This document shows positions 28,201 through 40,800 of a stretch of DNA of 64,000 nt, piece after piece; positions within the stretch are counted from its first letter, which is position 1; each line of letters starts with the position of its first letter. The notes under the pieces were generated by a model that was given only the letters and a program-made list of their open reading frames with translations, did no database searches and had not been told where the DNA came from. Origin of the DNA: Eledone cirrhosa (taxonomy: Eukaryota); NCBI GenBank assembly GCA_964016885.1, contig OZ024758.1:7068001-7132000 (forward strand), read 5' to 3'. The position numbers and the translations under genes were made by a program.

Positions 28201-31200
28201 ATACCCCCGGCCTATATCCCACTGCATTGCTCCTCTGGTGAATGTGGTTCATTACTACGGGAATATAATCACTGTCCAATTCGATGCATGGACATACAAC
28301 AGTGTTCTCGATGTATATCTTCTCCCAGCTGTGGCTGGTGTTCTTTTGGTGATCAGCTTGATGGACGTGGTCTTTGCATGCCTGGTGGTCTGTCTGGTAC
28401 CAGCAACGGGCTCTGCTCAGAATCTAACATCACTTATGGATCCACCCATCTTTCAGGTAAGCTTTATATATTTTATGTTTGAATGTTATATTATAGAAAG
28501 GTTATGTGCTGAGGCCAGACCAGTCAGGTGACCATGTCCTGCTCACATGCTTCGTTTTGGCCTGGTTTCTATGGCTTGATGCCTTTCCTAACACAAACCA
28601 CTTTACAGCGTATAATTAATGGGAGCATTTTATCATGACTCCAACGTTACCACCTTACAGGGCAGACAAAGGGCTTTTTGTTGTAGCTCCAACACTACCA
28701 CCGTACAGGATATTCTGGGTGATTTTCATTGTAGCACCAGCATTACCACCTTACAGGCTAGTCTGGGTGATTTTTCACTGTAGCACCAACACTACTACCA
28801 TGTAATTTGGCATTGTGCCTATTGAACAGAAATCAATATTTTATTTATGAAGGAATATTATTTGTTGTATATGCTGGCGTAAAGTTTATTTGGCGCATAG
28901 GTCGACCCATAAAATTCTGAGGTGTAATTCAGGTTTAGGCCTATATTCGCTGGATAAGATGACCTCCCAAAATTAAGGCAGTTGCAAGGGAAATAATTCA
29001 AAAAATTTAGTGGCGTGCTAAAGGCTAAGACACTTCTAAAATACTTCAAGTTCTAACTCACTGAGTAAACCAGCCTAGCCTAACCTTAACGAACCTATGG
29101 TAACCTACCCTATGGTAACCTACTCTATGGTAACCTACTCTATGAGCTACGGCATTATAATCTCAATGTTAAATAGACTTAACAAATATGTGATTCAATA
29201 GGAAATAATTGTGGTGGTGTACAATGAGTGTTAGGCAGACAGTTTCACTGTTTACCCTTCAGTGGTAAAGGTTTCATTTTATTTTTGACAGATAAGTGAA
29301 CCCCTGGTTTTGGAGAGATATTTTTAGGCTCCAGATGTTGACTTGTACACCGGCATATACGGTAGTCCCAAGCCAATCCTGATTGAGCTGATCTATGACC
29401 AAAGATATTTCAGCTATGATCACACAGTCTTAGCTATATATTTAGGACTACATGATTCAATGTGTCCTTTCTATAATTAAATAGAGTTTGATTTGGTTGC
29501 TACTTCTAGCAGATCAAGTGGCCGTAAATATTCATTAAATAAGTGGATTTCACTAGAATAATAATTAATTCTAAGCAGAAACTACAGTAGTACCTCTCTA
29601 CACGCACTTAATTCATTCCTGAAGGCCGTTCATCATCTGAAATGTTTGTAAACTGAAACTATTTTCCCAATACGAAATGTTGAGAGAGAGATGCAGTGAG
29701 AGAGAGAGAGAGACTGTATGTAAAAGATAGATATCACTATAGTAACTAACTACACAGCAAGTGACACTTTCCCACCAATACTCCCAACTTGTCAACTTTT
29801 GTTGCTGGCTTGCGTGTTCGTTACTTGGGACACTGTTCGGCAACCGAGATGTTTTATGTTTGGAAAAATTGTTCATGAACCAATTTGTTGATAATGAGAG
29901 GTGTTTGTGAACTGAGGTTCCACTGTATTAAAAAGTATAAGAACAGGTGTAAATTAACATAGGTTTATGTTCTTTAGAATGTTTTGATAACAATTGCTTC
30001 ATTGAGATTCCAGTAAATTAAATTCTACATGATTGTTCAATGCTCATAATTAATTTCAAATCTCTTTTATTTTATAGAAAAAATCCAAGATAAATTTCCT
30101 AATACAGATTTAAAAATTTCTTGGGTATTTGTCAAATGTCCACCTGAAGATGAATGTAAGAACTCACACCACACTTGTGATGCTACAACCGAGAAGTGTG
30201 TCGATACACCTGACTCCTTCAAATGTATTTGTAAACTAGGCTATAAAAAAAGGTGATTTTATTTGACCTTGTATCTCTTTTTCTCCCATCACCTTATTGT
30301 ATGTCTCCACTATATCTGTTTTTGTCCCATCACCTTTACTGTATCTCTCCACTGTATCTATATCTGTTTTCCCCCCATCACCCTTATTGTATCTCTCCAC
30401 TGTATCTATATCTGTTTTCCTCCCATCACCCTTATTGTACCTCTCCACTGTATCTATATCTGTTTTCCCCCCATCACCCTTATTGTACCTCTCCACTGTA
30501 TCTATATCTGTTTTCCCCTCTCCACTGTATCTATATCTGTTTTCCTCCCACCACCCTCACTATATCGCTCCACTATATCTGTTCTCCTCCCACAACCCTT
30601 ATTGTATCACTGAAATGTTACATTAAACACTCCACCCAATCCTCTTCAGAACTGTAACTTCAGTAATTCTCTGCTCACTCATGTTTTCCATGTTTAGTAT
30701 TCCCATCAGTCAGCTAGTAAACACTGGTAAACACTGGTAAACACTAGTAAACACTGGTAAACACTGGTAAACACTGGTAAACACTGGTAAACACTGGTAA
30801 ACACTGGTAAACACTGGTAAACACTGGAAACTATGAAACTTTTCATTGTTTCCCTTTTGTCAAGATAATATGAATAACCGGATGCTATGAAGATTTTAGT
30901 GTTTGATGAATTAAATTACTTATGATGATCATCAATTGACAAGATCCCAGACCTCATTCACTTACCAAGTAGGGTAGAGCTCTTCAAATTAGACCGAGGA
31001 AACAATGTTTCCATTGGTATTGCCATTGCTAATACTATCCACTGGTCACAAATCTTGCCAGAAGGAGCAATGTGAAATAAAATGTCTTGCTCAAGGACAT
31101 AATGCATTGCCCAGTCCAGGAATCAAACTCACAACCTCACGAATGTGAATCCAATTCTCTAACCACTAAGCCTTACACTTTCACTAAATTACTTATAGTT

Positions 31201-32084
31201 TTCACAAAAAATGAGAATTTGCAATTTTGATGACATTTCTTTGTGAAAGAATGTTTGGAGAGAAAGTTCATCAGTTTTTTAGTTTTTTACATCAGTTTAC
31301 TGATTTCTCAGTGGAAAAATCATTTTGTAAAATTTCAGAAGTTTATTAGTAATGGTATTGTTTATTTATTTATTTAAAAAAATCTTTTTCACTTCCAAAG
31401 TACACCACCCTCGGTATTTATTGAGTACTCCACCCTTGGTATTTATTGAGTACCCCACCCTCAGTACTTATAGTGTACACCACCCTCGGTACTTACAGAG
31501 TATGCGACCCACAGTACCCTTCCCCAGTACTTACACAGTACTCCACCCTCAAAACTTCCAGTATACCCCATCCACAGTACCTCCAGAGTACCCCACCCTC
31601 AGTACCTACAGAGTACACCACCCTCAGTACCTACAGAGTACCCCACTCTTTGTACTTCCAGAGTACACCACTCACAGTACTTCCAGAGTACCCCGTTAAC
31701 AGTAATAATGAAAAGAAGAGTACCTTATATTTGTTAGTGTAATAAATATTTATGTAATATTCTCTTAGAGGTAATAGTTTCTTCAAGAGAATATATTTCC
31801 CTATATTTCCAAAGATGACTGAAGTTGTAAACCCTCTTACCATACTTTACTTTAGCAGGGACCAAATCTGCGAACCAGTTTGTGCACAAGGATGTGTCCA
31901 TGGGATTTGTACAAGTCCAAACCAATGTAAATGTAATTTTGGATGGGTTAGTAGCAACTGTTCTGTGGAGTGTTCCTGTAATTCCCACAGTGAATGTAAA
32001 AGTGAAAAACATACTAAAATATGTTTGAAATGTCTTCATAATACAAAGGTGAGCCAAATTTTATGAGTTGTGGGCATTCTATAT

Positions 32085-32116
<32 letters not shown>

Positions 32117-35100
32117 TTTACGTCCGCTTTTCCCTGCTTGCAAGGGTGGGACGGGAACTGATTCTGTCTTGATTTCTACAGCTGGATGCCCTTCCTAACA
32201 CCAACCTCATTTACAGTGAGTGCTGGGTGCTTTTTTGCCGTGGCACCTCCACGACCACTTTGCAGTGGAATGATAGGGAGCCCAGTCCCTATCATCTCAT
32301 TTCTACAGCTGAGTAAACTGGAGCAATGTAAAATAAAGTGTCTTGCTCAAGGACACAACACATCACCCGGTCTGAGAATTGAACTCACAACCTTTCGATT
32401 GCAAGGCCAATGCTCTAACCACTAAGCCATGTGCCTACATATATATATATGTGAATGGACCTATAACTCTCAAGCCGTTAGGGTGCTGTATTGACATACA
32501 GCATTTCTAGGGCATTTTCTAAAACTTGGCAGAGCCCAGTCTTCTCCAGGTCTGAATACAGCAGATTTCTTCCAGAGTAAGATAGAGAGTGAAAGAATGG
32601 AAGTGAGAAAGAGATATAGAAGAGGAATCAACCTCAGTACTAGACTGGTATTTATTTTATCAACATTGAATGGATGAAAGGTGAAGTTGACCTTGGTGGG
32701 ATCTGAACTGAGAGAGCAGGGAGCTGAAACAGATACCACAAAGCTTTCTATCTGATGTTCTGATGACTCTGGTATTGTATACAAACAACAATAATTTTAC
32801 TGTTTATTTACTGACATTTGATTGTAACTCTTTGATGATACAGTTATAACATTTGAGTATAAGATAGAACTGTTACACCAACCAAAGAATTACCGTACAT
32901 ACGTGATTATAATCCAAGGAATATGTGACCAAAAGAATCGATGGGGAGGTTGGCTTATATATGTCATCTAAACAACGTGTTGATTAGCTGCCTCGGTTTA
33001 TAAATGGGGTTTGAATTTTTGCCCATTTCTCAGACATAAAATAGGAGGGATTGCTTATATTCAAATATATACAGTATTTCATATCACTACCAGTTTTTCG
33101 TATTGTCTCAAGCTGGGGGTTTTGAAGATACAAGCCAAATTGAACCAACAATCAAGTAAGATCAACTGATATAGGTGTTTTAGTGGACGTAACTCAGTAA
33201 ATTGTTTGGTTCAAGTTGCCTCCCCTACATCTGCCGAAAATATGTGGTAAAGAATTGTTTAGAAATTAGGTATTTTTTTTTTTTTTTTCATAAAGGTGTG
33301 TTGGTTAAAAAGGTTTATTAAGCTAACTAGCAGAAAAACCACCCTTCGGGTGGTTTTCTGCTAGCATGAGTAGTGTGCATATTGATATTATACGCAAATA
33401 TATATGCATTTAGATATGATACGTCAAATAAAATCGTAATTGACAATATACACAGAAATTGAACGAAGACTGTGTTATACTGTCTTCTGTAATCAGTAAA
33501 GTAATCCATGATTCATTTAAAAAAGACGATATGATATATAAACTGTATTACGGCAACATTTTATGAAAACGAAAAAGGAGAAAATTAGCGACAGGAATTG
33601 TAGCGTCCATTATATCATAACCGGAAGTATTGACATTTGAACATTTTAAAAGAAGTGAATCTTGAAATAAGCAATAAAATTATTTATATTTAATCAAGAG
33701 TTATGAAATTTAGTAGATAAATTATGGAATATTCATTCATTATTTATTCAAAGTAATCCAACTTATTTTACTAACGGGATAAAATAATATATTCAGGACA
33801 CCGTTGCACTCTCCCCCCTTTATTATATTATGATTGTATTTCATGTAGATTTCTCACAAATACACAAAGAGGTGTTAAATAATTTTATTTTTAATTTCTA
33901 TAGGGTCCACAATGTCAGAAGTGCAAACCCCTGTTTGTAGGGGATCCTCGAAATGGAGGTAGTTGTATGTCTTGTTTTGATTATTGTAATAACCATACCA
34001 GAATTTGTGTGGAGGTGAAAGGCAGAGATAACGATGTAAGTAATACATATATTTTTGGTGTCGTTTTTGTTAAGTGGAAATCATTGAATGTACGAGGGTC
34101 AGCTGAAAACTTCATAGGCTGACCAAGGTATTCTCATGGAATGACCAAATGAGGTTTATTTTTCAACATAGTCCCTGGAAAGAAACAATGCAGTTATTAA
34201 TAAGAAGAAATAAATGTATGCAAGATTTCGCAACTCTAGCATCACTCATTCATAATCAGCCTAGGAAATTTTCGGCTGACCCTCGTATTCTGTATATGAA
34301 ATTCAATGTAACATTCTTCATAAAAGAATTTGTGTTTCGTTCAATATAGAGTAAGATTTAAATATTTATAGAGTATTCCTAGCAAACATTCAATGGAAAT
34401 GATTTTTTGCTTTTAAATTAAAATTCTGATTGTCAAAATTTTCTTGGCAAGAAGCAAGTTTAAATATTAAAATTATCAACTTTATTGTATGTACTAGATC
34501 AAGTTAGGATCTCTTGTTCATCAGTGTTCTATTCCAACTCCTCTTTATTGTTACATCATCATCATCGTTTAACGTTCATTTTTCCCATGCTAGCATGGGT
34601 TGGACACATTGTCCTGTTATGAGTCAAGTCAGGTCAGATGACCATGTCTTGCTCATACAGAGTGTTTCTGGCTTGGTTCTATGGCTGGATGTCCTTCCTA
34701 ACACCAACCACTTTACAGTATGGAGTGGGTGCTTTTTATCGTGGCACCAAAACGAGCACTTTACTGTGTCGACTGGGTGCTTTTTGTCATGACACCAACA
34801 CAACCACTTTACAGCATAAACTGAGTGCTTTTTGTTTCGACCTACATGACCACTTTACAGTATGGCCCGGGCGATTTTTGTAATGACACCAACACAACCA
34901 CTTTACAATATGGGTTGGGTGCTTTACAGTATGGCACTTTTTATTGTCACTGACATGACCACTTTATAGTGTGGACAGGGTGCTTTTTATCGTGTCACCA
35001 AAATGATCACTTTACGGTGTAGACTGGGCATGTTTTGTCATGTCACCAGCATGACCACTTTACAGGGTGGACTGAGTGTCATCTAGCATCATGTTATCAT

Positions 35101-37799
35101 ATGTTTCTGTATGTCAAAGGTCATTTTTCAAATGGCAAAATATATTTCTTTCTAATACTCTCTGTGTTTGATGCGTTTCTAATCAAATCTTAAAGCACTG
35201 ACTTTTGTGAAGTTAATTGTTATCCTTGAGATATATAAAATATCTTGGAGTCTTTCTTCTTTCTTTCATTATTTTTTAAACTCTTCTTGATATCAAGCCA
35301 TCTGAAATCACCCTTAGTTTTATAATACAAAGTTGTTTATTCTAAAGTGTTTATATTTATCTAAAAACTCTCCATCATAACTTTATGTTAAAACCTTTGT
35401 TATGTTCTAAATCTTAAGTTATATTTCTAAATGTATCCAAATTCTTTATTTTCAAAATTGTTTGGAAATCATATTTTTGACATTGTTTCCATGGTTTGTT
35501 GCCTTTCCTAATAGAAACCATTTTACAGAGTGTACTAGGTGCATTTTATTGTGGCACTTGCACTATTGCTTTACAGAGTGTACATGAAATGTATACACAT
35601 TCTTACTTAACAGTGCTTTAGGCATGTCTTAGCAACACAACTCATATATGCATATTACATTTTCACTGACTTATACTTACGATTTTTATTGAATTGAAAT
35701 GAATTGTAATGTAATAATTATTTATAAATTTTTCCATTCTCTCTTTTTTGTTTTAAAAATATATTAATGCAGAAATTTGGAAGTCTTTCCCCAGAGAACC
35801 AGGCTGTATGTGAGTACTGCCAAAACAATACCGAAGGGAAACACTGTGAAAGATGTAAAAAGGGTTACTTCCGCTTGGCAGACGAGAAACTTCATAATAT
35901 ATGCCGACCGTATGTTTTCCATCACTGATAAATTTTGCTTTTTGATGATCAATATATTTCAATACTGATAATAATATTTTTGATGATTAATATATTTCAA
36001 TAATGATAATATTTTTGATGATTAATACATTTCAATATTATAATACTATTTTCAATCTAAATAAACACTGTAGTGTTTAAAATATAATGCTCATCTGTAA
36101 ATTAATTGATTCCAATGACTGATAAGTTTGAGAAAGCTGGTATAATGTGGTAGAAATATATAAAGGGTAAAGGATGACAAATAACACAAAACAAAGTAAT
36201 GTTTTACCCAGTATATTTCAACATGATATTTCGGGGCTATAACCCTCTTTTCAAATGTGAAATGGATTTTTGAAACATATCACTCACTTATCACATATCT
36301 CACAATGCTTTGTATTAACTATACTACTTAAATGATTCCAGTTTATAAGATCTTGGACAGTGGAAACATTTAGTTAATATATTTATTATTATTATTATTA
36401 TTATTATAACTTGTATTACAGATGTATGTGCAATGGCCATGCTTTTGATTGTGACACAAATTCAGGAACAAGATGCATCTGCAAGAACAACACAATGACA
36501 AAATGTGATAAAGAAAAAAATGAAGATTGCTATAAAAATCAGGTTAGCATGTTTCACTATCATAAACTCATTTAGTAGTTATATTGGTACTCAGTGTGAG
36601 TTTCACTATCATATACTCATTTAGTAGTTATATTGGTACTTAGAGTGTATTTCACTATCATATACTCATTTAGTAGTTATATTGGTACTTAGAGTGTATT
36701 TCACTATCATATACTCATTTAGTAGTTATATTGGTACTTAGAGTGGTGTGAGTTTCACTATCATAAACTCATTTAGTAGTTATATTGGTACTTAGAGTGT
36801 ATTTCACTATCATATACTCATTTAGTAGTTATATTGGTACTTAGAGTGTATTTCATTATCATAAACTCATTTAGTAGTTATATTGGTACTTAGAGTGTGA
36901 GTTTCACTATCATAAACTCATTTAGTAGTTATATTGGTACTTAGAGTGTATTTCACTATCATATACTCATTTAGTAGTTATATTGGTACTTAGAGTGTAT
37001 TTCATTATCATAAACTCATTTAGTAGTTATATTGGTACTTAGAGTGTATTTCATTATCATAAACTCATTTAGTAGTTATATTGGTACTTAGAGTGTATTT
37101 CACTATCATATACTCATTTAGTAGTTATATTGGTACTTAGAGTGTATTTCATTATCATAAACTCATTTAGTAGTTATATTGGTACTTAGAGTGTATTTCA
37201 TTATCATATACTCATTTAGTAGTTATATTGGTACTTAGAGAGCATGTTGGTTTACGGAGTTTCAGCGTTATATATCCATTGAGGAGTTATAAAATTGAAT
37301 CTAATATTGGGATTAATGATATACTTATATAAAGGTGTGGGTTCAACTTCCATGTGTGCTGACATACATCTTTTTCCATTCAGTAGGTTTATATGCAGCG
37401 TTATTAGACTATATTATTTAGTCAAATGTTATGGTGAAGCCTTCTATTTCAACTTTTCTACTTATAGTAAGTATATAAGCAAATAGGAGCGTCAAACACT
37501 TAAATCAGAACATAGATACACCTGATAGACAGATGGATAGATAACTAGGTAGAAGGTTGGGAGATAGACATACAAATAGATAACTAAGTAGGATTAGCTA
37601 GGTAGAAATATAGATATACAGACAGATACATACACACACACACATATATATATATGCACATACACATACTTATATATATGTATACACACACACATATCAT
37701 CAACGTTTAATGTCTATCTTCCGTGCTAGCATGGGTTAGACGAGAATTGTCCCATTCGAGGCAAGATTGATTGAGTGACCGTGTCTCGCTTGTATAGGA

Positions 37800-37839
<40 letters not shown>

Positions 37840-40800
37840 ATAATAATAAATTTAAAGACTAAAATCCAAAGAGGGCTCGATAAGGATAAATATATAAGAA
37901 CCGTAGAGCAAATATTTATTAAAATAAAGTACCAGTAATACATTGGGATAATTGCTGGCATTGTGCCAAAAGTAGAAACAATTATTTAGAATATTAGTCT
38001 ACGACTTCTTTTATACCATAAACGTGGTTTTGTCTTTGTGTACGTTTCCACGAACCAAAGTATCGTCTTCCTGTCTTCCTCCGGTTGCAACGTTTTTTGA
38101 AATATTCACTTCTGCGTTCACAGATTGACTTTGTTAGTTTCAGAAGATCCCATTAAGGGTGAACGCAGCGATTCTTTGCTTAAACTTTAATCTGTTATTT
38201 TAATAAATATATATATATATATATATATATTTTATACTTATAACACATGTAGTTAAAATTAGTTGCATTCCAAACCTCACGTCTATCCATTTGGTTAATG
38301 TGATACGAGAACAACAATTTGTTGAAGTTTCTTGCATTTAATTTCATCTTTTCAACAACAACCTTTTTTTCTAGTGTTCATCCTGTAAAAATGCTTACCT
38401 TGGCGAACCAACGGAAGGTCACCAGTGCTACAGCAAGATGGATGTAGACATCGACTACTGTTTTGAACCTGAGAACCATAATGTTTGTGGTATCAACTAT
38501 AACCCATTGTTAAGGGGCCGTACTGTCTTTTATGCTGTTCAACCTAAATATCTTAATGTTAACATCCGTATCACCATCGATGTTTCCCAAGGCGGTAAGT
38601 TTTAAATGTACATTTTCATTAACCCTTTTGGTTCCAATCTACCTGGAACCATCCCCGGTTTTAATCACACAATACCATCAGTTTAAAAAGGTTCATATTT
38701 GAATTTGAAAAAAATATTCCATCATAATTTTGTATGAAAATCTGTTGTTATGTAATGGTTTCTGATTTATAAGGGCAGTGGATTGGCAGTATCGGTAGTG
38801 GGTCGGACGCCATGCTTTGCAAGCATAGAGTTATGGCCCTTTACGTTCTGAGTTCAAATCCCGCCGAGGTTAGCTTTGCCTTTCATCCTTACGGGGGTCG
38901 ATAAAATAAAGCACCAGTAATACACTGGGATAATTGCTGGCCTTGTGCCAAAAGTAGAAACAATTATTTTGTCGACCATATAAGGATGAAAGGCAAAGCT
39001 AACCTTGGCAGGATTTGAACTCAGAACGTAAAATGCCATAACTCTATACCGTGACGCATGTTGTTCAACACTTTACGGGTTATTGTTAATCCAGCAATCA
39101 ACTTGTATATGCACAAAAATACAGATTTAATATACCTAGTAATAAAAAATTTAGATATTCTACTAAATCCCTTCAAATTCCTTATTAACTAGAACTTAGA
39201 ACTGTATTTCTTTAAAGATTTGTATGTTTATGGTAGGTTAAATATGGAAGAAAATGTCTTCTTTATTAGAATTTCTCTTTTAGTTGTTGGAATGCAGCAG
39301 TTCATTAGCTATATGGACATATTTTATAGTTTGGAAATATAGAAAGAATATTAAAAATGGAGACATTTTTATTTTTTAATATTATGAAGTTGTTAGAAAT
39401 CAATATTTTGCAGTATAGTTAAGCAATTACTCTAGAGTAATAGATAAGCTTGGAATGAGGCGGCAGCCTGGTGTTATATTAGCTATCAATAGCTTATTCC
39501 TAATTTTATTGCTGAAATGCTTCAAACTGGCTGAATATTTAAAGTTTGTCAAAAGCAATATTGAAAGACAATCAACTCAAGCTAATGAAACCATTGGCTC
39601 TGTTGAGTATATTAACATCTGAATAAGACTGTTCTTGTTCCAATTAGTCCACAAGACATTAAACAGGGACCCTAAACTGAATGGCAACTTGCGACTCATC
39701 CTCCAAATTTGGCCAACCACATGCGGACCACCCACCTTCCCAAACTTGGTAAGCTGAAAGCAGACTGCCCACCTTCCCAATCTCAGCCAACTGAATGCGG
39801 ACTGCTTACTTTCTCAAACTCGGTAAACCAAACAGGACTGCAACAGTCACTAAATTAGGGAAGACAGACGTTATCAAGCTGCAGCTATCAATAATTTCTA
39901 AGATTAAAAAATTTTACAATGAAAATTTTTAAAGAATTAATTATAAAAATTTTTCAAGAATGAATTATGTAAAATCTTAGATGAGTAGGACAACTAAATA
40001 ATTTTTAATAATTTTAGTTTTGTAGACATTTATCTGAAACAAAACATTCTGTTCCTTCAAGTCTTTGTTATGAAACAAGCAATAACTGTTACCATAAATA
40101 TTCCTTCTTTTACAGGAGTTGATGTCTATTTCTCACCTGATGATAAGACATTTGTTGTGGATCTTAACCGTGAAACATGGTTCCATGAAGTTAAACTTGA
40201 TAAAAGTCTGAAATATCAAGGTATGTACCGCGAGTACAAGCAATACGCTCGCAATGATGTGTACTACTACTTAAGAAAAGAAGTTGCAAAAAATACCAAC
40301 AAATTCATAACACTTGAACAAGCCAACACCACACTCAATGTAACCGATGTTCGTTTTCGGCTTGTCATTACACTGCCTTTAGATGTACATGATTTAAAGA
40401 AATCTCAGTTTTACATAATTATTTATGGACGTGGAGATGTAAACAGTAACGCCACATTTGGAAAGTTATTTTTCCGTCAAGACCAACCCCACATTGACTT
40501 GTTTGTCTTTTTTAGTGTATTTTTCTCCTGCTTTTTCCTATTTTTGGCCATTTGTGTTTTAATATGGAAAATAAAACAGACAATTGATGCTCAACGCAGC
40601 AGGCAGCAACGAGCACGTGAAATGCAACACATGGCATCTCGACCCTTTGCTGGGGTTTTGGTTTTGGTTGACCATGATGCTGTTCTGTCAAATCCGACCC
40701 CACGGAAACTCAGAGTTAATAAACCAACAGCACGCAGTCCTCAGTTCCCTGATGTCAATTTGATGCACCAATGTTTACGTGAAGACCACTTCAGTATCTC

